A stretch of DNA of 64,000 bases from Piromyces finnis finn (GCA_002104945.1 MCFH01000042.1:372001-436000), one strand, 5' to 3'; positions 1 through 12,693 are shown, counted from the stretch's first letter. Translations and numbers: made by a program. Notes: generated from the sequence alone by a model not told the origin.

Positions 1-480
1 ACATTTAATATATGTTGTTGACTATTTAAATGATTTTTTCTCTTTTCAGGCGTATCAACAAAACTGCGATCACAATAATCACAATAATCTTTATTTAAAA
101 AAAAAAATTAGAGACTTTTACTTTTTTAAAAAATTCTATTTATAAAAATTAAACATTTATAAATTGTTGAATATATATATATAATATTATTTACAATTTT
201 TCCCCATGCTTTATTGAATGTTTATAGATTTGTTCTACTCTTTTGGCATATGAGATAAACAAGGAAATTTTGTAATAGTAATTAGCTTCTCGTCCTTTCC
301 CTAAAAAAAAATAAGGAATAAAAGAGAATGAATGAAGCACGTGGAATCATTGTATTATTTACATAATAAATTTGAAATTGTCATGTGAATTTTAAATTAA
401 CATGATAAATTTATGTAAATTCTAAATATAATTATTATTTTTATAAATTCCTCAAAATACCTTGTAAATGTTTATATTAC

Positions 481-710
<230 letters not shown>

Positions 711-1818
711 ATTGATAACTACTCTACAGTATATTATCCTTTAATAAAATATAATTCAAGTTATTGTATTATCATTAAAGAATTCAACCATTATCATTAT
801 CTTTTTCTTTCATTTCATTCCTATTAAAAAATTTATTTATTCCTTTTGATATTTAACTAAAAATTCTAATGTATCAATAGTTCTATATTTTATTGGTATC
901 ATCGTAATCACACTAATAAACTAGGATCGTTATTCCTAGAAAAAAGACGAAAATAGCAATACAATTAAAAAATAAACTAGTCATAATTATCTATAATTAT
1001 CGTATATTCAATATATCATTTCTTATTAGTATCCTCATAAATAAAAAAAAACATAGTTATATAATGTAATAATATTATTAACATCTTATAAAAATAGCTT
1101 GTTTTTGTATTTTATATAACAAAGTCATGACATTTTTTCAAAAAAGAAAAAAAAAACCTTTTAATTCTTTTAATTATTATTGAAAAGCTGTTTTCCTTCT
1201 TTCAAAAAAACTAGTTTAAAAAAATAAAATTTAAAAATAATTTAAAAATTCATTTGTGTAACCTTGAAAATTTAATTTATTTTAAATTAAATTTTTAATT
1301 ATCAACTTTTTTTAATTAAATAGAAATTCAATATTTAAAAAATATTTTTAAATGCAACTAGCTAGTCATACACACTTTTTTAATAATGCATTAAAAGGAA
1401 ATGACCTTTTTTATTTTACTTTTTTTTTATTTATTTGGCATGCGAAATATCTTTCGTATATAAAAAAAATGTTTTTTTAAAAATTATTAATTATTTAAAT
1501 TTAAAAAAAAAAATCAAAAAATTCATATTGCATGAAAAAAAAAAAAATGGACCGTTTATCCAATAAAAAGTGCATAAAAATGAAATTAAATGGCGTTTCT
1601 ATCAACATATCAACAGTCATTTTACATTGAATTAAAAACAAAAATTGTATTTATTGTATTTGTTATACACTTTATTACAGTCCTAGTAAAATTAGTACCA
1701 AGATAGTATCAAGATATTATAACATAACAAAAAAAAGTAACTATAGGATGTTATTACTCGTTATATGATATACCATTGAAATTCTACATGGAATATTATA
1801 ATATATACCATAAGGTAG

Positions 1819-1952
1819 AAGATAGACCATAATTTACTATAGGATATCATAGGATATCAAAAGAGATACCATAAAATATATTATAGAATATATCATAGAA
1901 TATTTAAAGATAGACCATAATTTACTATAGGATATCATAGGATATCAAAAGA
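1819..1952. repeat. 46-bp exact direct repeat (two copies, period 88 bp) in an ATAGGATATC-type minisatellite region
   Basis: AAGATAGACCATAATTTACTATAGGATATCATAGGATATCAAAAGA occurs at 1819-1864 and 1907-1952. Confidence 0.9.
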
Positions 1953-2697
1953 TTAATCATAAGATAACCTAGTATATATACACCTAATATTATAACAAAA
2001 GATAGCTATTGAAGCATTATCACAATTCATTGCAAAGAATGCAAATCATTATGAATTGATTGTAGTTCTTTAATTTTTCATTCCTTCATTATTTTTCAAA
2101 TACACTTTAAAAACAGCTATCAATCTCATTTCTTATTCATTTCATAAATAGTTTTGGTGTCCTTTCTTTTATACTTTTTTTTTTTTTCATTGACACTTTA
2201 CACCTTTTCACAATTTCACTTTTTCCTTTCTCTTGCTGATGAACAAAAAAAAACTTTGAACTTTTTTATAATTAATATATTATCAATATATTACAATGTA
2301 ATCAAATCTATTAAAGTTTTTTAATTAATAATACTTTTTTTTTTTAATTAAATTGGTTCTCTATTTCTTTTATAGATTAAGTATTGATATTGAAATAAAT
2401 ATAAATTAGTATATATTAAAAGTCAATTACGTATTCTATGGAATAGATATTCTATCAATAGAATTTATTTATATTTCATCATATATTAAATTGAATCATC
2501 CATTCATATTTCAAATTTAAACTATAAAATGATAAAAAAAAGGTGTCATCCTAATTAAATTAAATAATTATTAAATAATTAATATTAATATATACATACT
2601 ATATATTATAGACTATTCAATATTATATATTATTTAAATAATTTACTAATATTATCATCATTTATGATTAATTTATTATTTAATTATTATCTATATA

Positions 2698-2726
2698 AAT
2701 TTATTTATTTATTTATTCAATAATAT

Positions 2727-2769
<43 letters not shown>

Positions 2770-2960
2770 TTCATTCAATAATATTTATTCATTCATTCAA
2801 TAATATTTATTCATTCATTCAATAATATTTATTCATTCATTCAATAATATTTATTTATTTATTTATTTATTCATTCATTCAATAATATTTATTTATTTTA
2901 TTCATTTATTTATTGTTTAATAATATTTATTTATTTTATTCATTTATTTATTGTTTAATA
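2698..2960. repeat. Compound (ATTT/ATTC)n array punctuated by AATAAT
   Basis: Higher-order units of the form CAATAATATTTATT(T/C)ATT... are repeated several times. Confidence 0.9.
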
Positions 2961-3692
2961 ATAAAAAAAAACTTTATTACCTTTTTTAATTCTTTTTTTT
3001 TTTTATAATTTCATCAAATTATATTAAAATTAATAATTAATAAAAAAAAAAAAAAAAAAGCATTTTTAAAATTCATTTTCAGAATTGTAAAATATTAAAT
3101 TCCTTTTTTTTTATCTTTTCTTTATAATCTTACCTTTTAAATATATAAAAAATTGTATTCCTATTGCTATTATTCATCAGTAAAAAAAGAGGAAAGAAAC
3201 CTTTGAAATATTGTGCTAATCATTGAATAATAATCATTTATTTCAACAACCATATCCAATAGATATATCACTATATAAAATAAAAAAATAAAAAAAAACT
3301 ATACAAATACACCTAGTAATATATACCTTTTAATCCACTTGTAATATAAATCTACTAAAAAAAAAAAGAAAGAATAAAATAATAAAAATCACCTTTCACT
3401 TGATTTAAATATAAACTATACACAAATAAAAATTACTGTTTTTTTTTTTTTTTCATATAATTTTTTACAGTAATATTAAATTTTAACTTTTAAAAAAAAG
3501 TGTTATAATAGATTATTTGAAATTTGATATAGATATTAAATATTAAAATATAGTATTATGTATAGAAATAGATAGTGATAGATAGACAATGGGAATTAGT
3601 AATGATAAATGATGGTACAAAAAAAATAATAAAAAAAAAAAAAAATCTAATAATAGTATTATATATATATTAATTATTTCTATTTAATAGGA

Positions 3693-5519
3693 ATGTTAAT
3701 GTGTTCAGCTCTCAATATGAATATACCAGAAATTCCACCAATTGAACAACCACCAAGTTCTAACTGTCAAGTTAAACGTATTATATTTTGTCGTCATGCA
3801 GAAACAGCACCCAATGCAAGTTTTCAATTACAAGGTTCAGGAATAAATGAATATCTTAATAATAAGGGTGTAGGTCAAGCAGAGGCTTTAGCAAGACGTC
3901 TTTCCACACAAGAAGATATAGGTGTTATTATTACCAGTAATTTAAGAGTAAGAATATAACAAAAAAAAAAATAGCTATTCATGACTATATAAATTTTATT
4001 TTTACTTTCTTTAATAGTTATTAATAATTTCCTGAAAAAAAAAAAAAGACATTGCTATTATTTTATGTCCATATTTTTTTGAAAAAAAATAAAATATAAT
4101 GATAGACTAATTAAACTAATAATTAATGGATTACTTTTAAATTACATTTAAATTAGAGAGCTGTTCAAACCAGTGAAATTATTGCTGCTGCTTACCCAAA
4201 ATCATTTAATATTATTGTAACTATATAAAATTAATAGTCTAGCAAAAAAAATTTTTTTTTTTTTTTTTTTTTGATACTTTAATATTCGACGTTTTATAAT
4301 ATTATTAATATTACATTAATATTATATTCATTATTACTAATATTATAATTATACTCTATACTATGTATGGAAATAACAGCAAGAACCAGAATTAAGAGAA
4401 ATTTCATGGGGTGTATGGGAAGGTATGGTTTGTCCTGACTTGGACTCCTTAATTGAAAAATGGCAATCAGGCGACTTTACAGGTATAAAATAAAATTACA
4501 ACAAAAATGACAAATTGAAAAAAAAATAGAAAATAAAAAAAAACGCAAATGATAAAGTCAAACCATTTAATAAAAAAAAAGTGGTAATTAATAATATTTT
4601 TTATCTCAAAATAAAAAAAAAAAAATACAAATATTATTTCAAAAATAAAATAGCTTGTGCACCAGGTGGAGAAACTCCATTAGAAGTTAGAGAAAGAGTT
4701 CTCCCAATTATATATTCTTTATTAAAACGTCCAGAAAAAACAATATTAGTTGTTGGTATGTTTTCTCAAAAAATATTTATATATATATATATGAATATGT
4801 GGATATATTAGTAAAATGCAATTTAAAAATAGTAATTATAGTATCATAAATTGATACTATCTTTAACTATTAATAATAAATTAATAATTGAACCTTTTAT
4901 CTATTGCTCTAATTATTAACTAAAATCTTTATTGCTATTCTATTATTTATACAATATTATTTATCTCTCTATCTATCATACGTTTTTTTTCAATATCATT
5001 ATTTTCAAAAAAAAAAAAAAAAAAAAAATATTATTGTAATAATAAATAGTTCATGGAAGATTATTACGTATTTTATTATCCTCCATACTTTATGGAAATT
5101 TGTATCATATGCAATCCTTTAACCATAGAAATACATGTGTTAATATTGTTGATGTCTACTACGAACCAACCGAAAGTAAAACTTCACCAACCGTTTTAAG
5201 TAAAATGTCAAGTTTAAAAAATTATGAACCAAAACAAAATCAACTCTATCCATTAGTAAAAAGTATCTCTGGTGGTGGTATTATTATTTCACCAATACCG
5301 GTTAATTCCGATAAAAGAAATACTAGTTATAAAGATTCCTGTGAATCCTCCTTAAGAATAAAGTCTACAGCAACAAAAAATTATTCCAGTGAAACTAAAA
5401 CTTGTACAGAATATGAAACTCCAATATTAGATATAGATCTCTCTGGTCAAAATTATAAGGTTAAATTTATGCCTGTTATTCTTGACAGTATAGAACATTT
5501 AACTGCTGATTTATATTAA
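3693..5519 (+). CDS. Histidine phosphatase superfamily (phosphoglycerate mutase-like, branch 1) protein, 5 exons
   Basis: Exons ~3693-3947, 4157-4216, 4380-4482, 4654-4755 and 5050-5519 are joined by GT-AG introns in frame. Motifs: RHAET (RHG-like), NLR/RAVQT, LREISWGVWEG, GGETPLEVRER, VVVHGRLLR. The start codon is uncertain; a tiny upstream exon near 3589 is possible. Confidence 0.88.
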
Positions 5520-6550
5520 AAAAAAAAAAAAAAAGAGGAATGGGAAATGGGGATTTAATAAGGATTAAAAAATAAAAAAAAAAAAAAGTTTTTTTTTTTA
5601 ATTATTTATTTATTTATTGAACCTATTTTTTTTTTAAAACAAATATTCATCATTCATCCTCACCTCCACATATTCCATAGTTGTAATAATAATAATTAAA
5701 TGTTGGTCTTTTTTTAAACGTATACAAATATATAAATATAAATTAAACATAATAAAGCACAAAATAAAGAATAAAACAAAATAAAAATAGTTTTTTTTTT
5801 TTTTTTTTATTTTCATATGCTTTTCAAAAAAAAAAAAAAATTTTTTTATGGTTTATAGTTTATGGTTTAAAATTTCATAAACTTTAATTTTTTGGATAGG
5901 ATTTAAAAGTTTGGAATGACATAAATAGAATAATAAAATTGTATAAAATAACAAAGTATTAGCCCAACATGATAATAAAAAAGCACACTATTATATATAT
6001 AGTATTTGGTAAAAAAAAAGAGATTTAATTCTTGACTTTTTTTTTTTTTTTTATCAAGAAATATTAATAAATCTTTCAAGAATAATACCTCCTTTTATGA
6101 TATCAAATTATATTTAGATAGGTAACTTTCTTTGTAAAAAGAAAAAAGTTTTCAAAGGGTTACAATTATACTTTTTTTTTAAAGTCCCTTTTAATGCTTT
6201 TATCATTTAAAAAAAGTATAAATTCTTGATAAATCACTTTTTTAAAATAATAATAATAATATATAATTGATATTTTTATATATTATTATTCATGCCATTA
6301 TTTAACAGACAAAAAAAAAATACATTATTTCAACTTTATTAAACCTATCTATTTTTATTAATGTTATGAAAAAGTAATCCACAATATATTTTGCTTTATC
6401 CATTATTCCTAACAATATGGATTATAAATTTTTTAAAGTGGTAATGGACAAATGGACATCCTATGAATATTAATAAAAGAAGAGTGACTATATTTTAAAT
6501 AATAATTTTGTATATAAAACTTTTTTATATAAAAAAAAAGTTTCAAAAAA

Positions 6551-6625
6551 GCATTATTACCTATTTAAAAAAAAAGGATTATTACCTATTTAAAAAAAAA
6601 TGCATTATTACCTATTTAAAAAAAA
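6551..6625. repeat. Three tandem ~25-bp copies of ATTATTACCTATTTAAAAAAAA
   Basis: Core copies start at ~6553, 6578 and 6604. Confidence 0.85.
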
Positions 6626-7616
6626 GAATATTTCTTAATACTTTTTCAAAAAGTCTTTCAAAAACTAAATTTTAAGAAATTCAATTTTGATTTTTTAATT
6701 TAAATTTAATTAAAATTTAATTTATCAAAAAATAAACAATTCTTTAATGATAATAAATAAATAATAAATTATATTAATCCTACCACCATAAGAATAGAAT
6801 TCATAGAAAATAATAAAAAAAGAATATTAATATTTATTATTATTTATTATTAAAATATAATATTATAATTATTATACATAATATTGTTATTGTTATTCAT
6901 TATTATGTTTGATTAGTATTATTTAGAATGACTACTTTTAATATTATTATTATTAATGATTCTTGGTGTTTTATCTTTTATTATAGTATAATTATTAGTA
7001 TAATTTTATTTCTTATTAAAAATAAACCATGAATTATTTTAAAAAAAAAAAAACTATTTTATATTTGACAATTTCATAATATTCCATAATATTTTATTTT
7101 AAATATAAAATAGTTTTTTTTTTTTTTTATTTTTTTGATTAAAAAGTTTACTTTTTATAAATGTAAAATTAAATGTAAAATTAAAACGATATAGTCTTAC
7201 AAAACAAAAAATCTAATTCTATTTATTTAAAAACTTTTAATTTTTTGGTTAAAAATGTTAAGTAAAAAAGAAATGCTTTAGCCATTTGTTAAACAAAAAA
7301 GTTTTACTTTTCAAAATAATCAAAAAAAAAAAAAAATTTTTTTAATTAAATTCCAACCATCATAGTTTAGAGGATGGCCAATCAATTCAATGATTTAATT
7401 ATAATTCATCTAAAATTAGAACACCTGAAACTAATAAAAAAGAAAGAAAAAAAAAAAAAAAAAGACTAATTTAAAAGTAAATTTTAAATAGAAAAAAAAA
7501 CTGTAAAGATTGAAAAAGGAAAAAAAAAAAGTATAGACTGTAAAGAAAAAAGTTATTAAATATATAAAAAATAGTTTAAAAAAAAATTAAATGAAATAAT
7601 AATAAAAAGAAAAAAA

Positions 7617-8429
7617 ATGAAACTACAATTAAAAGATGGTTTAAAAAATGGAATACTTCCATTTTCAATGATGTTTGTATCTATGGGATTATGTATTGGA
7701 ATATTTAGATTATTTCGATTCATGAATTCAACTGAAATTCAAAAACAAGTAGATGTTGCTGGCGAAGAAACAAATCCAACCATTGGAAGACTTATTTGGT
7801 ATATATTATCAATTATAATATGTCTTTCCTTGGTCATTTTTTCTGAAAAATTACTTAAAAAGGAAGAAGCAAAGGAAGGTGAAGGAGATAATCTTATGAC
7901 CACCTCCACAACAACAACAGAATCTTCAAAAAAAGATAAACATCTTTTATTACCTTGGTTCCTATCTGTAACCGGTGGAATTATGTTATGGCAAGGGATA
8001 GGCGAAAGTTCATGGCATTATGGTTTAGAAATAGATAATAATGAAGGAGAAAAGAATTTTGTAAATTTCCCACGTATTGAAAGTTTTCAAGGTATACCTA
8101 TATTAGTTGTTTTCGTATTACTCTTTCTTTATGGTTATGGAAAATTAGGTTTTGGTGTAGAAAGTTGTCTTGGTGCTTTTCTAGGTAATTGGTATGGTCA
8201 TGTTTGTATTCTTGGTACATATCCTTTCGCTTTAGCCTGTCATATCAATGTAGATATGAAAGCATGGGATAGAATTATGGGTACCATAAATTTCGTTATT
8301 TTTGGAATTATTGGTTTTTACATCATGTTCCTAACTAAAAAATCAAAACAAACAAAATATTTGGCTTCAGTAAGTTTATTCATTGCTTTTGGTGTTTTAG
8401 TCTATGGTGTTATCCTTGCTGAAACCTAA
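7617..8429 (+). CDS. Intronless multi-pass (~7 TM) membrane protein of unknown function, 270 aa
   Basis: Single long ORF with A-rich ATG context and gene-like GC. About seven hydrophobic segments are separated by polar loops (GGIMLWQGIGESSWHYG, FPRIESFQGIP, GNWYGHVCILG). No family recognised. Confidence 0.8.
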   Translation: MKLQLKDGLKNGILPFSMMFVSMGLCIGIFRLFRFMNSTEIQKQVDVAGEETNPTIGRLIWYILSIIICLSLVIFSEKLLKKEEAKEGEGDNLMTTSTTTTESSKKDKHLLLPWFLSVTGGIMLWQGIGESSWHYGLEIDNNEGEKNFVNFPRIESFQGIPILVVFVLLFLYGYGKLGFGVESCLGAFLGNWYGHVCILGTYPFALACHINVDMKAWDRIMGTINFVIFGIIGFYIMFLTKKSKQTKYLASVSLFIAFGVLVYGVILAET

Positions 8430-8665
8430 TTTGAAAAAAAAAAAGACTGACTTGAAATTTAAAATAAAATAATAAATATATAAATATCCATTTATTTTTT
8501 TTTTATTTTTATTTCCTCATACAGAGTTATTTTCCTAATATTGGAATAACCTTTACCACCATTTATTTATTGATAATTGGAAAAAGAAAAGGAAGGAAAT
8601 AAAACAAGATAATCATCATTAATAATTATTATTTCTTTTTGTCTCAAAGTTAGAAAAAAAAATGC

Positions 8666-8790
8666 CCTTTTTTAAAAAATATTCAACATTAGCATTAATA
8701 GAAAAAAAAAAAAACCTTTTTTAAAAAATATTCAACATTAGCATTAATAGAAAAAAAAAAAAAAACCTTTTTTAAAAAATATTCAACATT
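8666..8790. repeat. ~50-bp tandem duplication, 2.5 copies
   Basis: CCTTTTTTAAAAAATATTCAACATTAGCATTAATAG(A)n starts at 8666 and 8715, with a partial copy at 8766. Confidence 0.9.
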
Positions 8791-9291
8791 AACATAATAT
8801 TAACATGTATAGATATATGTTTTTTTTTTTTTTTTTAATCAACTAATTTAATTTCATTTTTAAAAATAAGAAGAAAAAAAAAAGATAATAAAAATATATA
8901 TACAAACTACATTCCTATTACCTATTTTCAAAAAATAGTAAAAAAAAAAAAAAAAAAAAAACTTGATAAATAAATATAGTTAGGTCTATTTTTTATATTC
9001 TGTCTAATTGGGTTTTTTTCATATTTTATTAGTTTTTTTACTTTTTTTTTTTTTGTTTTGTTTTGTTTTGTTTTTCTGTTTTTTTTTTTTTTTTTTTTTT
9101 TTTAATTTCTATATTCTATATTATTATTTTCAGTTGTTGTTTTTTTTTTTTTTTTTTTACTTTTAATTTAGAATTTTGTTTTGATTATTTGGTTTTTTGG
9201 TTTTTTTTTTAATTTCTATATTCTATATTATTATTTTCATTTATTTTTTTTTTTATTTATTTACTTTTTTTTTTTTTATATTTCTTTCTAT

Positions 9292-10761
9292 TCATTCATC
9301 ATCACTTTCAGCAACTTCACGAACAGAATCATCTTCAATATCCCCAAATTGTATGGAATCTTCTTCCTCCTCAGAATCACTTAAATCTTCTTCGTCAGAG
9401 AAAGAAAACATCCAGGAAGGAACATGATTAATTAAATCATTGACATAGTCTATATCTTTTAATTCATAATCGTAATATTCACTTGGAATAAAGGTATCGG
9501 TGGTAAAGGTAGCATTAATCCAATCTGGATGTTTTTTACCTTTAGCAAGATCTTGAGCGATTCTATTTTGAACTTTAAATTTAAAGGATTGTTCTGCCAA
9601 TCCATTAATATCAATTAATTTTCCATTATATTCTGATTGATGATCATGAAAGATATAACCACCATAACTATAGACAATAACATCATCAGAGTCTGGAATG
9701 TCATCATTTCCAATGTAATTAAATGAGTTACGCTCGGATACAACATTGGATTCGACGCCTAATCCAATAAAATATTGTGGGAAGGCATCATCATCACTAT
9801 GGAAATAATTATTTACGGTATAGGATGGGTAGGCGGGATGGAAAGTTTCAGCATAATAATAATTGTTAAAGGTATGAACCTTACCAAAACGTACACGAGG
9901 TAAACGTTCATTACAATTAATAAATACATTGTTACAGAGCGTGACGCATAAACGATCACGATCCGTTTTACGACTATCGCTATTTCCAATTAGTAACCCT
10001 TTTTTATGATTTTCAAAACGATTGTTGGAAAGGGTCACCTTGGTGGAACCATTAATCACATCAATAAGACCATCATGACTTTCAATATGTTGACCAAATA
10101 CAATAGGTTGAGTATCAAGACTAGTAGAGCCATCACTAAGGTAACAATTATCAATCCAAACATTGGTACTATTATTAATGGAAATGGCATCATATTCGGA
10201 ATTCCATGTTCCATTGACCCCATCGGTTGGAACAAATTTTGAAAAATAATCATTTGGGGCTTCAATATACAAATTTTTTATAATAATATTATCTGTATTT
10301 TTAACTTGAAGGGAAAGTTCTTTAAATCCAGCTTTATAGTCATGACCAATAATAGAGGTATTTGGGGGAATATCAATGTTGACTTGTTGATCTTGAAGAA
10401 TACGTCCTTCACTACGAAGACGAGTAATCTCTTGACATTCCTCTGTTTCTAAATAGGCTTTGGCGTCTTTAGTAAAACATGAAACATACTTTTCAAAAGA
10501 ATAACCAGGAATTAAACTTTCAAAATCAATCAAACTTCCATCTTCACGAGCTAAACCATTAATAAAAGATTCAATATAAATAATTTTTGGATCATTTGGC
10601 TTACCATGATTGACTAAAGCTTCTTTTAATTCATGATACGTTTTAACATGATATTCAATACCTCCTTCACCACCAGTGGTATCCTTTCCCCAACCAATCG
10701 GTGAGGAAGCTTGAACCACCATACCTAATAATAAACTAAAACTTAAAGATATAAATTTCAT
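9292..10761 (-). CDS. Secreted pectate lyase, polysaccharide lyase family 1 (Bacillus Pel-like), intronless, acidic C-terminal tail
   Basis: Signal peptide MKFISLSFSLLLGMVVQA; GWGKDTTGGEGG; IPPNTSIIG; WNSEYDAISI; VWIDN (vWiDH motif); HDGLID Ca-binding aspartates; HKKGLLIG; RLPRVRFGKVHTFNNYY (RxPxxR catalytic motif). No dockerin or CBM visible. Confidence 0.95.
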   Translation of the reverse strand: MKFISLSFSLLLGMVVQASSPIGWGKDTTGGEGGIEYHVKTYHELKEALVNHGKPNDPKIIYIESFINGLAREDGSLIDFESLIPGYSFEKYVSCFTKDAKAYLETEECQEITRLRSEGRILQDQQVNIDIPPNTSIIGHDYKAGFKELSLQVKNTDNIIIKNLYIEAPNDYFSKFVPTDGVNGTWNSEYDAISINNSTNVWIDNCYLSDGSTSLDTQPIVFGQHIESHDGLIDVINGSTKVTLSNNRFENHKKGLLIGNSDSRKTDRDRLCVTLCNNVFINCNERLPRVRFGKVHTFNNYYYAETFHPAYPSYTVNNYFHSDDDAFPQYFIGLGVESNVVSERNSFNYIGNDDIPDSDDVIVYSYGGYIFHDHQSEYNGKLIDINGLAEQSFKFKVQNRIAQDLAKGKKHPDWINATFTTDTFIPSEYYDYELKDIDYVNDLINHVPSWMFSFSDEEDLSDSEEEEDSIQFGDIEDDSVREVAESDDE

Positions 10762-11508
10762 TATTTCAATTTATTTTACGTTATAGATACTCTACATATA
10801 TCAATAATATAATAATGTTGTTATAAGTGAGGAAAATGAATAGATTTTTCTTTTTTTTTTTTATTTTGGTTTAAATTAAAAAAATAAGAGGGTTTTTCCA
10901 TTCTTTTATACTTGGAAAAAAAATTTTTTTTCGATATTCCATAAAAAAACTTTATTTCATGTAAATGACATAAAATAAATTAAAAAAAGAAAAATGCCTA
11001 ATTTGGAAAGAACATAAACTTTAAATAATAATAAAAATTAAAAAGAGGATGATTCATTTAGAAATGGGTTGAAAAAAAAAAAGTTGAATTTTTTTAAAGT
11101 GCCATTTAACTGTCATTGCAGTAGTCATTGAAAATAAGAGTAATTCTATTTATATATTTATCTGTTCAATAAGCCTATTATTAATTATTCTTTTTGAAAA
11201 ACTTTTCTTTCATAGCATTGACAAAAGTAAAGGGAAGAAAAAAAAAAATCAAAAAAAAATTGGTGTAACCTAAAAAAAATATTTAAATAAATTAAATTTT
11301 ACCCATAAAGACTGACTTGATAAAAAGGGAAATGAAAGGATGGATAATTAAAAAAAAAAAGTCCACTTTTTAAAAATTAAATATAGTTAGATAATAATAA
11401 ATAATAATAAATAATAAATAATATTGCGTATAATAATTAAATATAAAAAAAAAGTTTACTTTTTTTATATACATCATTTGTATAAAAAAAATGAATGACA
11501 TTTCATCT

Positions 11509-11511
<3 letters not shown>

Positions 11512-11560
<49 letters not shown>

Positions 11561-12693
11561 GGCATCAAATATTTTAAACTTTATTATTAATTTAATTAAA
11601 ATTATAATACATGTAATATAAAAATTAAAATAAAATAAAAATAAAAAAAATATGTTTAAATAAACACAATTGAATAAAAATTGGGTATAATGTATTCTAG
11701 TAATTTTAATTAAAGTAAGAAAGCCACTATCATACTAAAGTATAATAATTGTATTTGACTTCCAATGGGACACCGAGCCAAAGATCAAAATTTTGTCATG
11801 GAACAAAATTATGATCTCCATTGGTTGCGCTGGCCCTCCTGGCCTGTCTTACTGTTTCTTCAGCATTGACGCTCTTGGATGTTGCTTCAAACCTTTTGAA
11901 CATTGTCCATTGCTGGCCAATAGCAAAAGGCATGATTTTGGTTAGAAGTTCCGCGGTTACCGTCAAGAATGGTGTTCCTTCGTTAGTACCAGATTGAATC
12001 TGACGCTTACAAAGTTCTTTCCATTCCCTTGAATTGTAATTAAACTTGTTTGACTTTACTTTTCATTAAATATTTAAATTGGTAAAAAATTTGAATCAAG
12101 AATGTCGACACCAGAAAGCTTGTGGATAGTATTTTTACATGATGTAGAGTGAATCAGTCTCTTACAAGAAACAATACAACAATAGCTACATGAATATAAA
12201 AATACAATGCAAATGCTAAAGTTGACTACATTGGATTCTTACAAGAGAAGAGTAGTACTACATGAATACATGAATAAAAGAAAAAATACAGCAACAAAAT
12301 GTATTACTCTTCTAATTAAATACTATACAAACTTACCTGAATATCAAACATTCAACTTATTCATCAAATACTTAATTCGATGAATAAAATGTTTTTTAAT
12401 CGCTCAGTACCATGAGCTTAGTCCTAATAATTTTCCCTTAAAGACTAACCAAGCATCCATTGCGCAATGCTTGGATTTAATTCTTTCTACTCTCTCAGTA
12501 CCATGAGCATGAGTAGACCCCCTTGATAAACTCCATTATTAAATAAATGAAGGCACGTTCCTAAGAGGGCACCAAGCATCCATTGCGCAATACTTGGATT
12601 TAATTCTTTCTACTCTCTCAGTACCATGAGCATGAGTAGACCCCCTTGAGAAACTACATTTATTAAATAAATGAAGGCACGTTCCCAAGAGGG
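11512..12693 (-). mobile_element. Non-autonomous non-LTR retroposed element (SINE-like or internally deleted LINE), 1,182 bp, with poly(A) tail and 13-bp TSD
   Basis: Identical CATTTCATCTTGA flanks it at 11499-11511 and 12694-12706. A 46-nt T run at 11512-11557 is a poly(A) tail on the minus strand. The body is GC-richer than the flanks. There is no RT or endonuclease ORF. Confidence 0.88.

Noticed and set aside
43-100. Acceptor-like TTTTCAG followed by a short GC-richer stretch, possibly the last exon of an upstream gene
   Set aside because: The reading frame and identity cannot be determined without upstream sequence.
9181-10265. Short ORFs 9181-9384, 9197-9427, 10006-10242, 10056-10265
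   Set aside because: They are antisense or alternate-frame overlaps of the pectate lyase gene or its T-rich 3' UTR.
11760-12383. Plus-strand frames (KIKILSWN...; MQMLKLTTLDSY...IKYLIR) and a YWPAM integrase-like snippet on the minus strand
   Set aside because: These frames have multiple stops and no downstream endonuclease or integrase motifs. The poly(A) and TSD orientation point to a different minus-strand frame.
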